A stretch of DNA of 63,373 nt, the filler included, from Octopus bimaculoides (taxonomy: Eukaryota): assembly GCF_001194135.2 (NCBI RefSeq). It is 4 parts of 4 records of this genome, joined end to end, with 100 filler letters (N's around TTAATTAATTAA, not from the genome) between each part and the next. Parts side by side here need not be neighbours in the genome. Positions count along the whole stretch, not along the records: positions 1 to 16,240 come from NC_068989.1; positions 16,341 to 30,420 come from NC_068987.1; 2 more parts are not named here. One strand, given 5' to 3'. Positions 12,899 to 25,167 of this stretch are shown one piece after another. Numbering within the stretch: the first letter of the stretch is position 1; each line of letters opens with the position of its first letter. Under the pieces are notes generated by a model. The model worked only from the letters and a program-made list of their open reading frames with translations. It did not search any database and had not been told where the DNA came from. The translations under genes and the position numbers were made by a program.

Positions 12899-14127
12899 TT
12901 AGACACCCACATATATTTTAATCTTCCCCATCATAACACCATTTATGTTCGCAAGTACAAGGAAAAACACAGATCCATGTACACCCCCCACACACATAGA
13001 TATAGATATATTAAGAGATACTGTTATACTCCTAAAGCTACGTAACGGCAGGGGTACATACGTTGAAGGCATACACGCTTACACACGCAAGGGCATAATG
13101 AACGAACACACAGACTCGCACACAAACACGCATGCCCTACACGCTCACCCCGACACTCACACACACGCGCGTACTTTGACATACGTTAGAGCAACGAATA
13201 TTTTCACATCCACTCTTCAACATTCCTGAACTTGCCAAGTCATTGAATATACATACGAACATAAAATGTTATTTATATTAGTTATGTATGAGACAATGTT
13301 CAGGAAGGTCTTGTGTCTATGGGAACATATATGTTAAATCATTCTTACGAGCTACTTGTATATATGCATACATGGAGGCATGCATGCGTGCATTTATCTA
13401 TGAAGTATATTTATATATAGGCATAAAAGAATGTATAATATGGTTGTGTGTGTATGTGCATGCGGCTGTGTGTATATATAGAGATGTTATTTCTTAACCT
13501 CTAACACAAATGTATCGCTAATTTATCGTAGCGCGAGAAACCCTTAACAAGTAAATGCATGCACGTACACACATATGCCATCATACTCTCATACTCCATG
13601 TAAGTATACACGCATTCATATACGTACGTACTTATATATATATATGCNNNNNNNNNNNNNNNNNNNNNNNNNNNNNNNNNNNNNNNNNNNNNNNNNNNNN
13701 NNNNNNNNNNNNNNNNNNNNNNNNNNNNNNNNNNNNNNNNNNNNNNNNNNNNNNNNNNNNNNNNNNNNNNNNNNNNNNNNNNNNNNNNNNNNNNNNNNNN
13801 NNNNNNNNNNNNNNNNNNNNNNNNNNNNNNNNNNNNNNNNNNNNNNNNNNNNNNNNNNNNNNNNNNNNNNNNNNNNNNNNNNNNNNNNNNNNNNNNNNNN
13901 NNNNNNNNNNNNNNNNNNNNNNNNNNNNNNNNNNNNNNNNNNNNNNNNNNNNNNNNNNNNNNNNNNNNNNNNNNNNNNNNNNNNNNNNNNNNNNNNNNNN
14001 NNNNNNNNNNNNNNNNNNNNNNNNNNNNNNNNNNATATATATGCCTTTGATTTATTATGATGGTATTTGTTCTTTTTCTACAACTATATTCTTCTTCCCA
14101 TTATAATTATAATCATTATTATTATTG

Positions 14128-14367
14128 AAGCGGTGAGCTCGCAGAATCGTTAGCACGCTGGGCTTAATGCTTAGCGGTATTTCGTCTGCCGCTAGGTCCT
14201 GGCTCCAAATTCTGCCAAGGGCGAATTTGCCTTTCATCCTATCGAAATCGAGGAAATGAGTACCAGTTTCGCACTGGTGTCGATGTAATCGACTCGCTCC
14301 TTTCCCCAAAATTTTCAAGGCCTTGTGTCTAGTGTAGAAATAATTATAATAGTTATAAAATAAATCA

Positions 14368-14422
<55 letters not shown>

Positions 14423-14975
14423 CATCATTAAGGCGATGTGTTACTAGAATTTGTGTCACGCCGAACAACATGCTTACAGGGATTTCTTTCGGCTATCCAA
14501 TCTCTTTTGAAATTCCGACGTGGTCGGTTTTCTATTTGAACCGGTCCTGGCCAATGACAAGTATCTGCAGCGTACTGGGATCAATGTAATCGCCTACCCC
14601 CTCCTCAAACGTTTCAGGCCCTGTGCCCATCATAGCAGCAAGGATCATCATTATTACTGTTAGCATTATTAATAGTATTTGATATTTATTAGCATATCGA
14701 TTACTATTATATATTTATTGATATGTAAATTACTATTAGCATTTCGATTACTAATGTATTAATATAACGATAACTATTCTTATTTGAAGGCGGCGTGCTG
14801 GCAGAATATTTAGCATACTGGACCGTTACGTCCTGATTTCAAATTACGCGAAGGTCAGCTTTGCATTTCATCCTTTCGCGGTCGACAAATTAAGTACTAG
14901 TGAAACATTTGGGTCGATATTATCGACAGGTCCCTTCTCCACAAATTTGAGGCCACGTGCCTCCAGTAGAAAAGA
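14128..14975 (+). mobile_element. Cluster of three family A SINEs of differing decay (about 14128-14340, 14430-14640, 14787-14975)
   Basis: Repeated ggcgg.gagctggcagaa...ttcatcctttc...gtcgat motifs separated by (TTA)n tails. Confidence 0.8.
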
Positions 14976-16050
14976 TTATCATTATTGTTATTAATATAAT
15001 TATTATGCTTATAGTACAAATGATTGTTGTTGTTTTCTTTTGACCCTTAATTTCCTATTTTGAGATTTGATTTAATATATTTACAGGGTTTTCTGTGGTT
15101 TTTATATATTTCTTTTAATGTTCTATATTTGATATATTTTGTTCGGAAAAATTCTTAGTATTTTTTTCGAAGCCCCTATTTCTAAACATACTCATACCCC
15201 ACACATTTCCCCTATATCTCTCCCTTTATTTTTTTTTTACTTCTTCGCTGCAAAACTTCCTTCCATATGTATGAGTAGGGCAGGCATTGAAATCACAAAT
15301 TTATAAAAATAATATAAATAATGCATGTTTAATGAATTATAAAATAAAACATCTACACACACTCAACCATGAAGGTGTGTGTTTGTATATATATATATAT
15401 ATATATATAAATATATATATATATGTTTGTGTATATATGTGTATGTGCGTGTATATATATATATATATATAATATACATATGAACGAAGCATTAAACTCT
15501 CCTATGATACACGCAGGGCAAAATTCACGAAAGCTCTCGCGGCTATTTTGGCTTTGTGGCTCCATCTCTTGCTAAAAATATTCTCTCATGACACGGACCA
15601 GCGAACATTCATTGCGTTACGTTAACCTCGTAAAATAAAAACTATATATATAATAATAGTAAAAAATGAACGGATATAAATATAACATAAACAAGGAAAA
15701 AATGTGCGGGAAATCGTATTTTTAGATCGTTCTTCCCTCCCTTTACTACAACCCACAAATTTTCCGTTAGTCAGCTGCCTTTACAATTTACCTCGAGTTG
15801 TTGCCATCGAGCTTGCATTTATGTATGTATATATGTATGTATGTATGTATGTATGTGTGTGTGTATGTATGGATCGATGGATGTTTGTATGTATTATGTA
15901 TGTCTGAACATGTATATATGCGCATATATATATATGTTCATATATTATGAATTATGGAGATATACTTGCAAATATATATATACACACGTGTATATAAAAT
16001 ACGCGCGCATATATGTATGTGTATATATATATAAGCATGTATGCATAAGA

Positions 16051-16105
<55 letters not shown>

Positions 16106-16240
16106 CACATATGGATTTATAAGTACATATTTATGTAAGTGCCTTTATGTGCATGTATATAAATACAAACATACATACATATATATATGTATATATATAT
16201 ATACATATATATATCTATCTATATATATATATATATATAT

Positions 16241-16340
16241 NNNNNNNNNNNNNNNNNNNNNNNNNNNNNNNNNNNNNNNNNNNNTTAATTAATTAANNNN
16301 NNNNNNNNNNNNNNNNNNNNNNNNNNNNNNNNNNNNNNNN
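16241..16340. other. Assembly gap spacer N44-TTAATTAATTAA-N44 (also 30421-30520 and 61183-61282)
   Basis: Identical 100-bp construct three times; the 12-mer has stop codons in all six frames. Confidence 0.92.
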
Positions 16341-16387
16341 GCTAAGCATTTCGCCCAGCGTGCTAACGGTTCTGCCAGCTCGCTCCC

Positions 16388-16460
<73 letters not shown>

Positions 16461-16740
16461 TAAGAGTAATGATGATGATGATGATGATGTTAAATGATGA
16501 TGATGTTAAATGATGACGATGACAATAATGATGATGATGACAATGGTGATGATGATAATGATGTCAACAACGACGACAATAACGATGATGATGACAATGA
16601 TGAGGATAATAATAATGATGAACATGATGATGATGATGACGACGTTGGTGATGACAAAGATGATGATGATGATGATGACGACGTTGATGATGACAATGAT
16701 GATGATGACATTGATGATGATGATGATGATGACCACGGTG
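16388..16740. repeat. (AAT)n then (GAT/GAC)n microsatellite
   Basis: Direct inspection. Confidence 0.9.
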
Positions 16741-17028
16741 CTGATGAATTGTAAACGGGTTGTTTCGGTTTAACTTTCTTCTTTTTTTTGTTTGTTTTGT
16801 TTCTTTGTTGTGCATGGCCTCAGAGAACTGAATATGTATTTCCAACTTGTCTCCTGTGTGTTCCCTTGTGTTCCCTCTCTTCTCATTCAGATTAGGGTCC
16901 ATGTTTCGTTCTGTTTCTTTTTTTTTATCATCTATTTTTGTTTTTTTTTGCATGAGGATTTTTTACTCTTCTTTTTTTTTTATACAGCATCTCAGATCCT
17001 CTTCTTTTGCCTCAGCCATCATCATCAC

Positions 17029-17063
<35 letters not shown>

Positions 17064-17113
17064 CCACCACCATCATCACCGCCAGCACCACCACCAGCAC
17101 CACCACCATCGTT

Positions 17114-17151
<38 letters not shown>

Positions 17152-17729
17152 TCTCATCATCACCGCTGCCATCATCACCATCACTATCACCATCACCATC
17201 NNNNNNNNNNNNNNNNNNNNNNNNNNNNNNNNNNNNNNNNNNNNNNNNNNNNNNNNNNNNNNNNNNNNNNNNNNNNNNNNNNNNNNNNNNNNNNNNNNNN
17301 NNNNNNNNNNNNNNNNNNNNNNNNNNNNNNNNNNNNNNNNNNNNNNNNNNNNNNNNNNNNNNNNNNNNNNNNNNNNNNNNNNNNNNNNNNNNNNNNNNNN
17401 NNNNNNNNNNNNNNNNNNNNNNNNNNNNNNNNNNNNNNNNNNNNNNNNNNNNNNNNNNNNNNNNNNNNNNNNNNNNNNNNNNNNNNNNNNNNNNNNNNNN
17501 NNNNNNNNNNNNNNNNNNNNNNNNNNNNNNNNNNNNNNNNNNNNNNNNNNNNNNNNNNNNNNNNNNNNNNNNNNNNNNNNNNNNNNNNNNNNNNNNNNNN
17601 NNNNNNNNNNNNNNNNNNNNNNNNNNNNNNNNNNNNNNNNNNNNNNNNNNNNNNNNNNNNNNNNNNNNNNNNNNNNNNNNNNNNNNNNNNNNNNNNNNNN
17701 NNNNNNNNNNNNNNNNNNNNNNNNNNNAA

Positions 17730-18140
17730 TATTGGTTTCAAATTTTAGCACATGGCCAAGAAGTTCGAGGAAGGGGTATAGTCAATTATATTGACCCCCA
17801 GTGTTCAACTGGTACTTATTTTATCGATCCTGTAAGGATGAAAGGCGAAGTCAACCTCGGCAGAACATAAAGAAATGCTGCCAGTCGTTTTACCCAGTGC
17901 AGTAATGATTCTGCCAGCTCACTGCCTTCGTTTCAAATTTTGGCACAAGGCCGGCAATGACTGGGGAAGTGGATAAGTCAATTACATTGACCCCAGTACT
18001 CAACTGGTATTTATTTTATCGACCCTGAAAGGATGAAAAACAAAGTCGACCTCAGCAAAATTTGAACTCAGAATGTAAGGACGGACGAAATGCCACAGAA
18101 TATTTTGCCTGGTGTGCTAAATATTCAGCCAGCTTCCCTT
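17730..18140 (-). mobile_element. Two tandem family A SINEs
   Basis: Two successive aaattt(t)ggcaca/tggc...gacccc agt...gaaaggatgaaa...ccagct units. Confidence 0.8.
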
Positions 18141-18162
18141 CTTATCACTTCTTGATAATCAA

Positions 18163-18520
18163 CATCATCATCATCGTTTAACGTCCACTCTCCATGCTGT
18201 TACGGGTTAGAAGGTTTGACTGGAGCTAATGTGCCAGAGAGCTGCACCAGGTTCCAGTCTGATTTGGCATGGTCTCCACAGCTGGCTGCTCCACCTAGTG
18301 CCAACCACTCCAGGAGTGTAATGGGTGCTTTTACGTGCCACTGGCACAGGCGCAATTTACATGACACCAGCAACGACCACGACTACAATTCATGGGTGGG
18401 TGCCATTTACACGGCACTGTCAACGACCGTGACTATGATTCACAGTTGGGTGCCTTTTACACAGCACCATCAACGACCATAACTATGATTCAGGGGTGAG
18501 TGCCATTTACATGGCACTGG
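18163..18520 (-). mobile_element. 3' end of a (GAT)n-tailed retroelement, including a ~50-bp tandem subrepeat
   Basis: catcatcatcatcgtttaacgtcc.ct.tc(c)...gggtt start is shared with 30258-30355. About three copies of gggtgcc.tttacac.gcac..tcaacgacc...ctatgattca at 18370-18515. Confidence 0.65.
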
Positions 18521-19503
18521 CAGAACTTTTGGACCACTGCATTTCATCAAAGACTGGAAAGAGAAACACTTTGCACACCAGAATAAAATTATGTGCAAGT
18601 TTTCCCTTCTAAACATGTGGATGATGTTAACATCTACAAGAAGTGTAGCTCCTCTTGGCCTATTGATCCTGAGATCACATCCCAATTTTAAAGTTAGCCT
18701 TTTGCATTTCAAGAGCAGAAGATGGTAATAAAATAGTTAATAAACAAAAGAGGCTGTTTCACCAAGATGCGACCAAAACTGATGATTATGTCACATTTCT
18801 GTAGAACATATTGGACATTTGATCTGCAACTGCTCAAAATTGTCATTAAGATATTCCAAAGCAGCGTAATGCAGTTGCTGAAACAATATAGAATGCCAAC
18901 TGGTAGGAAAGTTTACCTTGGGATAAATATAGAAAATACATTCATTTCTATACAAAGAATTTTATTGCAACATTCCTATCAAAACTGCCATCAAAGGCAA
19001 ACATAATTGTTGCTAGGATCAGCGGGAAATTACGTACAGTTCCAAAGGTCAGTAACTATTTTCTTTCCGACAATTTGTCCTGTCATTCTTCTTTCTGTTC
19101 TAGAATTTTCTTACTGTTTCAGTGACTTTTTGGATATTTCTGGCTACTGACAGCATTTTTCTGTTACCTATGCACAACATAGTTTTCCAAACGTAATATT
19201 GCAATACTGATCCAAGCCATGGCAGCATGGGAAATGGTTGTTTAAAGGAAGATGATGATGATGATGATGATGATGGTGGCAGTGGTAGCTGCTGTGTTGG
19301 TAATGGTGGCGTTCATGATAGTGGTGGTGATGATGGTGATGATGACGACGATGACAACGGTGACAATGACGACGATGACAACAAAGATGATGGAGATGAT
19401 GATGGCAGTGGTGGTGGCTATGTTCTTAATGGTGGTGTTCATGGTAGTGGTGGTGATGATATCGATGATGATGATGATGATGCTGACGATGACGATATAT
19501 ATG

Positions 19504-19548
<45 letters not shown>

Positions 19549-19572
19549 GTATATATATATATACACACACAC

Positions 19573-19675
<103 letters not shown>

Positions 19676-19759
19676 AAAGCACTACGCTCGTTATTACATG
19701 AGGAGATTATTATTATTATTTCATCATCATCATCATCATCATCATCATTATTATTCGAT

Positions 19760-20040
19760 TTGATTTAAACTCAGGTTTGGTCATATTCCTTGTAAGATTT
19801 TTGTGGGTAGTGGGTTATTACCTGTAACCTTAGGTATCCACAATCATTCAATAGTCTTTCAAGTGCTCAAAACCCTTCTGATAGTCTTTCCTGTCCCTAA
19901 GAGGCAAACCTTCTGGAGAAGCTCTAAGGAACATTCTGTTCCAATCTCCTTCAACCATTTGTCTATATCGCATTATTCACAGATCCTAATCCACCAATTA
20001 TTTCAGGCACAACTTTTACAGTTTTCATACACCAAATTCT
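19760..20040 (-). mobile_element. 3' terminal fragment of an R4/Dong-like (restriction-like endonuclease) non-LTR retrotransposon
   Basis: Minus strand 20037->19859 reads IWCMKTVKVVPEIIGGLGSVNNAI/DKWLKEIGTECSLELLQKVCLLGTGKTIRRVLST* with one frameshift. This matches the R4-type C-terminus W.....vvP.viG.LG....Qk..LLGT...R.vL. A ~100-nt 3' UTR ends in (AAT)/(GAT) repeats. Confidence 0.75.
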
Positions 20041-20139
20041 TCTTTGCTTTAATATTATCGTTATTATTTCATCATCCTTATCATCATCATTATCGTTGTT
20101 GTTGTTGTTGTTGCTGCTGCTGCTGTGCTGTTGTTGAGT

Positions 20140-20525
20140 GGAGGCGCAATGGCCCAGTGGTTAGGGCAGCGGACTCACGGTCATAGGATCGCGGTTTCAA
20201 TTCCCAGACCAGGCATTGTGAGTGTTTATTGAGCGAAAACACCTAAAAAGCTCCACGAGGCTCCGGCAGGGGATGGTGGTGAACCCTGCTGTACTCTTTC
20301 ACCACAACTTTCTCTCACTCTTTCTTCCTGTTTCTGTTGTGCCTGTAATTCCAAGGGTCAGCCTTGTCATACTTTGTGTCCCGCTGAATATCCCTGAGAA
20401 CTACATTAAGGGTACACGTGTCTGTGGAGTGCTCAGCCACTTGCATGTTAATTTCACGAGCAGGCTGTTCCGTTGATTGGATCAACTGGAACCCTCGACG
20501 TCGTAAGCAACGGAGTGCCAACAAC
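20140..20525 (+). mobile_element. SINE family C (tRNA-derived), near full length
   Basis: ggcgcaatggcccagtggttagggcagcggactc (A-box) ... ggtttcaattccc (B-box). Distinct body ending ggatcaactggaaccctcgacgtcg...ggagtgcc with a (CAA)n tail. Confidence 0.85.
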
Positions 20526-21357
20526 AAGAACAAAGTTGTTGTTGTAATAGACAGTGTTTCAGTAAAATGAGTGACAACAAGTCACAGGGATCTGCTACGT
20601 AGGAAAGGATTCACTTATCTATGCACTTTCACAAGAAGCCTACAGTTTTTGTGCCAATGAGAGAAATCAATATTTATTTATTACAGCACCTATAAGCTAT
20701 CGCATGATGGGAAACTTGATTTTATTTTTTAATTTATTCATTTTTTTTTCTTGTTTTGCATTTTTTTTTTTCTTAAATGTCTCTAATAAAAACTCAAGTT
20801 ATTTCGGGTTGATAATATTTAGATAACATATTCAACACAAATATATATACTAGGAATAATTTAATCTCCTAACAATTTTTTTCTTTTTGTTTATTTTCTT
20901 TGTAATTATTTTCTTCTAATGAGAAAACACAGGAAAATAATATAATGGAAAAGATTAAATTAAAAAAACAAATTCACAAAACACGCAAAAATTAAAAAAA
21001 AAAAAAACATATTNNNNNNNNNNNNNNNNNNNNNNNNNNNNNNNNNNNNNNNNNNNNNNNNNNNNNNNNNNNNNNNNNNNNNNNNNNNNNNNNNNNNNNN
21101 NNNNNNNNNNNNNNNNNNNNNNNNNNNNNNNNNNNNNNNNNNNNNNNNNNNNNNNNNNNNNNNNNNNNNNNNNNNNNNNNNNNNNNNNNNNNNNNNNNNN
21201 NNNNNNNNNNNNNNNNNNNNNNNNNNNNNNNNNNNNNNNNNNNNNNNNNNNNNNNNNNNNNNNNNNNNNNNNNNNNNNNNNNNNNNNNNNNNNNCCTCAC
21301 AGATGATGAAATAATTAGATAAATATATTTTTAAAAATCACAAAAAATAAAATAGTT

Positions 21358-21403
<46 letters not shown>

Positions 21404-21409
21404 TAAAAA

Positions 21410-21638
21410 TCCTTTCTGCTCTAAGCACAAGGTCTGAAATTTGGTGTGGGAGTGGAGAGGCCAATCGATTAGATAGACCCCAGTACACAACTTGTACTTA
21501 ATTTATCGACCCTGAAAGGATGAAAGGCAAAGTAGACCTCGGCGGAATTTGAACTCAGAACATAAAAGACAGAAGAAATACTGCTAAGCATTTTGCCCGG
21601 TGTGCTAATGATTCTGCAAGCTTATAATAATAATAATA

Positions 21639-21688
<50 letters not shown>

Positions 21689-21704
21689 GACAATAATAAT
21701 GATG

Positions 21705-21759
<55 letters not shown>

Positions 21760-21850
21760 CCTTATCAGATGAGTAGTCATGATGGGTATACTGGGTTTCA
21801 TATATTTGTACCCCAGTGTCACTTTGATTGCATGCACTGCTCTCTCACTC

Positions 21851-21888
<38 letters not shown>

Positions 21889-22105
21889 TAATAATAATCC
21901 TTTCTACTGGAGGCCTCAAATTTGGTGAGAGGGGACTAATCGATTACAGCGACCCCAGTTTTTCGCTGGTACTTAACTTATCGACCCCAATAAGATGAAA
22001 GGCAAAGTCAACCTTGGTGTAATTTGAACTCAGAATGTAGCGACAGGCGAAATACCGCTAAACATTTCGCCCGGTGTGCTAACGATTCTGCCAGCTCACC
22101 AGCTT
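21410..22105 (-). mobile_element. Two family A SINEs (about 21410-21622 and 21900-22105) separated by (AAT)n
   Basis: Near-consensus copies in minus orientation. Confidence 0.85.
21759..21850 (+). mobile_element. ~92-bp insertion embedded in (AAT)n; probable 3' end of a microsatellite-targeting retroelement
   Basis: Unique sequence ...gtaccccagtgtcactttgattgcatgcactgctctctcactc flanked on both sides by near-pure (AAT)n. Confidence 0.5.
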
Positions 22106-22129
22106 AATTATAATAATAATAACTATAAT

Positions 22130-22514
22130 AACAAGAGCACTCAGAGAACACAAACCTCTGCCAAGGCAACATCAATGTCCTCTCAACGATTAGCCAGAGA
22201 TGATTTTTAAAATGAGAATATCTGAAATAAACTCGACTGCTGTCACAAATGAGAATACTAAAAATGAACCTGACTGCTCTCAAAAATTAAGTAAAAAAAA
22301 CAGGAAACATAATACAGAATCCTTGTCCAGCACCAGATCGATCCTAAAATCTAATCAGTTCATGCTAGTCATGAGGCCAAACTTCCCTACAACTTTCATC
22401 TGAATCCATCTAGTGGTTCTTGAAATATCTTGTCCACAGACAGACAGACAGACAAACAAACAAACAAGCACAACTGAAAACAATACCTCTGCTTCTGCTA
22501 AGGCAGAGGTTATA
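22130..22514 (+). mobile_element. Non-autonomous Helentron-like element (HINE/DINE-1 type)
   Basis: 5' subterminal acctctgcc (22154-22162) is the exact reverse complement of ggcagaggt (22502-22510). 3' terminal hairpin acctctgctt/aggcagaggt (22485-22510). Internal (CAGA)n(CAAA)n microsatellite. No TSD; A/T-rich flanks. Confidence 0.65.
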
Positions 22515-23190
22515 ATCAATTGTGAAACAAAGTTTGTAGAATATAAGAGAAGCAAGTAATTACTATGGCAACATGTTTTTTTTTTTCTCTTTTTGTTACT
22601 AGACTGATGAGTTCCATCTGTTTAAATGATGCTTAGAATTCCTGAAAGTGAGAAATGCTTCAAAGTGCACTGACAAGACACAATAGTGGAAGGGAGTAAA
22701 TAAACAATGAAACAAACAAATAAACAAGCTCCTGGATGCTGGTAGAAGCTTTAGAGGAATACATATTGGGTTTCGTAAACATTCAAGGACAAGCCTTCAT
22801 AGTTTAGCAGCTGACTAACATTTCCAGTATTATATAAATAGGAACAATTGTGATACCATACGTAATATAATTTTTCTTTCTTTCAGTATAATTCCTGGAA
22901 TGAGAAAAAAAAAATGCTAATTTGCATAGTGAGATTCAGAGTATTGATGTATTTTAATATGCAAATTCTCTTAATGGAAATTTTGCTAATTAGATTAAAC
23001 TCAAGTATTGAATGAAAACTGGATGGTGTTAACATCTGCGTATATAATTAAAGTGTGTTCCGCAAATTTTCAATGCTTCTTCACTGTAATTATTTATATC
23101 CATTGCTTGAGGAGCCATCCAATATACATACAATAATTTTGCAGCAGAATAATAGCTGTGTGTTTGTTACATAATATAAATGCTATATGC

Positions 23191-23623
23191 GAAAGGTTCT
23201 CAACATGGGCAGTACCATCTCCTAGGAGGCACTGTGGATGTTAGGCTATAGTGGATGTTAGGCTATAGCGGATGATAAGGGGGGCAGTGAGGTAACATAA
23301 TTAACATATTAAATTTTACCTATAGTAGTAATTAATTATATTATACATGATAAAACTATTAATGGTTATTAAAATAAAATGAGGTCTCATCAGGCACAGG
23401 GAAGTATAAAGTAAATTCACAACTTTTGTCTTTATTAATTTTTTTTATTATTTCACTGTTAAAAGCTTAAATAATCCATTTTTAGAGTAAGATTTAGAAA
23501 TTATCATCCATGTGAGGTTGGTTTAATTGTGATGCCTCACTTGCCACTTAGGTGGGTGCTAGGCATAATAGCTACTTAAGAGGGCGGTGGAAACTACAGA
23601 ACAAAAATGGTTAAGGACCACTG
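23191..23623. mobile_element. hAT (Charlie-like) MITE
   Basis: Left end gaaaggttctcaac and right end gttaaggaccactg resemble the Charlie TIR CAGTGGTTCTCAAC. 8-bp TSD ctatatgc (23183-23190) / ctatatga (23624-23631), 7 of 8 identical. Confidence 0.7.
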
Positions 23624-23849
23624 CTATATGATATATGTGTAATTATGAACAGGCTCTATATCGTCATTCAGAGATGTAGCAGAAGTGTAGTGGGGGGTGG
23701 TGTGAAGGAAGAAAGGGGAGGAAGGAAGGAAGGAAGGGGTCAGGAAGGAAGGGGTCAGGAAGGAAAGATATAAAGGTATGATAGTGAAGTGAAAGCACAC
23801 TATAAAAACTTGTTGGGGCAAGTGAAATCGAAATCGTGATTGAACCTTG

Positions 23850-24158
23850 GATTAGTGTCTTCTGCTATAGCCTCAGGCTGACCAAAGCCTTGTGAGTGGA
23901 TTTGGTAGATGGAAACTGAAAGAAGCCTGTCGTATATATGTATATATATAAATGTTTGTGTGTCTGTATGTTTTCCCCACTACCATCGATTGACAACTGA
24001 TGTTGATGCGCTTACATCCCCATAACATAGCGGTTCGGCAAAAGGAACCGATAGAATAAGTTCTAGGCTTACAAAGAATAAGGCCTCGGGTCGATTTGTT
24101 CGACTAAAGGCGGTACTCCAGCAATAGCCACAGTCAAATAACTGAAACAAATAAAAGA

Positions 24159-24160
<2 letters not shown>
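23850..24160 (+). mobile_element. SINE family B copy (5' decayed)
   Basis: tgtcttctgctatagcctcaggctgaccaaagccttgtgagtggatttggtag...actgaaacaaataaaaga. Confidence 0.85.
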
Positions 24161-24198
<38 letters not shown>

Positions 24199-24440
24199 GT
24201 ATATATATGTACTTTAATGTAGTTTTGGAGAATTGGTGTGTTGCCAACTAAAACAGATGCACCAGTTGTGTTTCAATTCAGTTTTATTATAAATCAATTA
24301 TTAGAAAATAATGTAATTAAAACCGCAAATTAATTAATCGATTGTCTGATTGTTTGTCAAAGTTCTTTCACAGCCAATGGCAATGTATACCTCCGACATA
24401 CCTGTGCTATCACACACTCTTTGTTCTTTGCACTTTGCAG

Positions 24441-24509
24441 CAAGCTGCCAAAAATGATGTCTGTGATAGCATAGAGTTGGTATTGGAAGGATACAATGTT
24501 GTTGGCAAG
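24441..24509 (+). other. Candidate 69-nt phase 0-0 exon (unverified)
   Basis: ctttgttctttgcactttgcag|caagct...ggcaag|gtcagt; reads QAAKNDVCDSIELVLEGYNVVGK. Confidence 0.3.
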
Positions 24510-25004
24510 GTCAGTGGCTGTGGTGAAAGGACTTAAATGAAGCAATCGTTCAATTAATTTATTTATTTTTTAATTAATCACGCTTTAATGCATTGATCAG
24601 ATGAACTGAAGTGAAATACAACCCATGTGTGTTTTAATTGGGAATGTAACCCAACTAGACTAGAATAATATTTGTTTGAAAACGTGATTTCATATGAAGA
24701 GTCTTGCAAAGCAAATACCAAAATAGCCTACCTGTATCTATCTCACACACATACACACACACACACACACACATGCACACACACACACATGCACACACAC
24801 ACACATGCACACACACATACATGCACACACACACACACATGCACACACACAGATGCACACACACATGCATACACACACATGCGCATGCACGTGCACACAG
24901 ACATACACAAACACACACACACATGCACACACACACACATGCATGCACAGATATACATACACAGACACACAAACATATACACACACATACATATATATAC
25001 ATAT

Positions 25005-25167
25005 ATACGACGGGCTTCTTTCAGTTTCCATCTACCAAATCCACTAACAAGGCTTTGGTCGGCCCAAGGCTATAGTAGAAGACACTTGCCCAAGGTACCA
25101 CACAGTGGGACTGAACCCGGAACTATGTGGTTGGTAAGCAAGCTACTTACTACATAGCCACTCCTGC
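25005..25167 (-). mobile_element. SINE family B 5' half
   Basis: gacgggcttctttcagtttcc...gacacttgcccaagg...gccactcctgc. Confidence 0.88.

Noticed and set aside
20140-20215. tRNA-like sequence
   Set aside because: It is the head of SINE family C, continues into the SINE body, and forms no complete cloverleaf.
22598-22660. CTGATGA...GAAA at hammerhead-like spacing
   Set aside because: Stem II and stem I cannot be paired.
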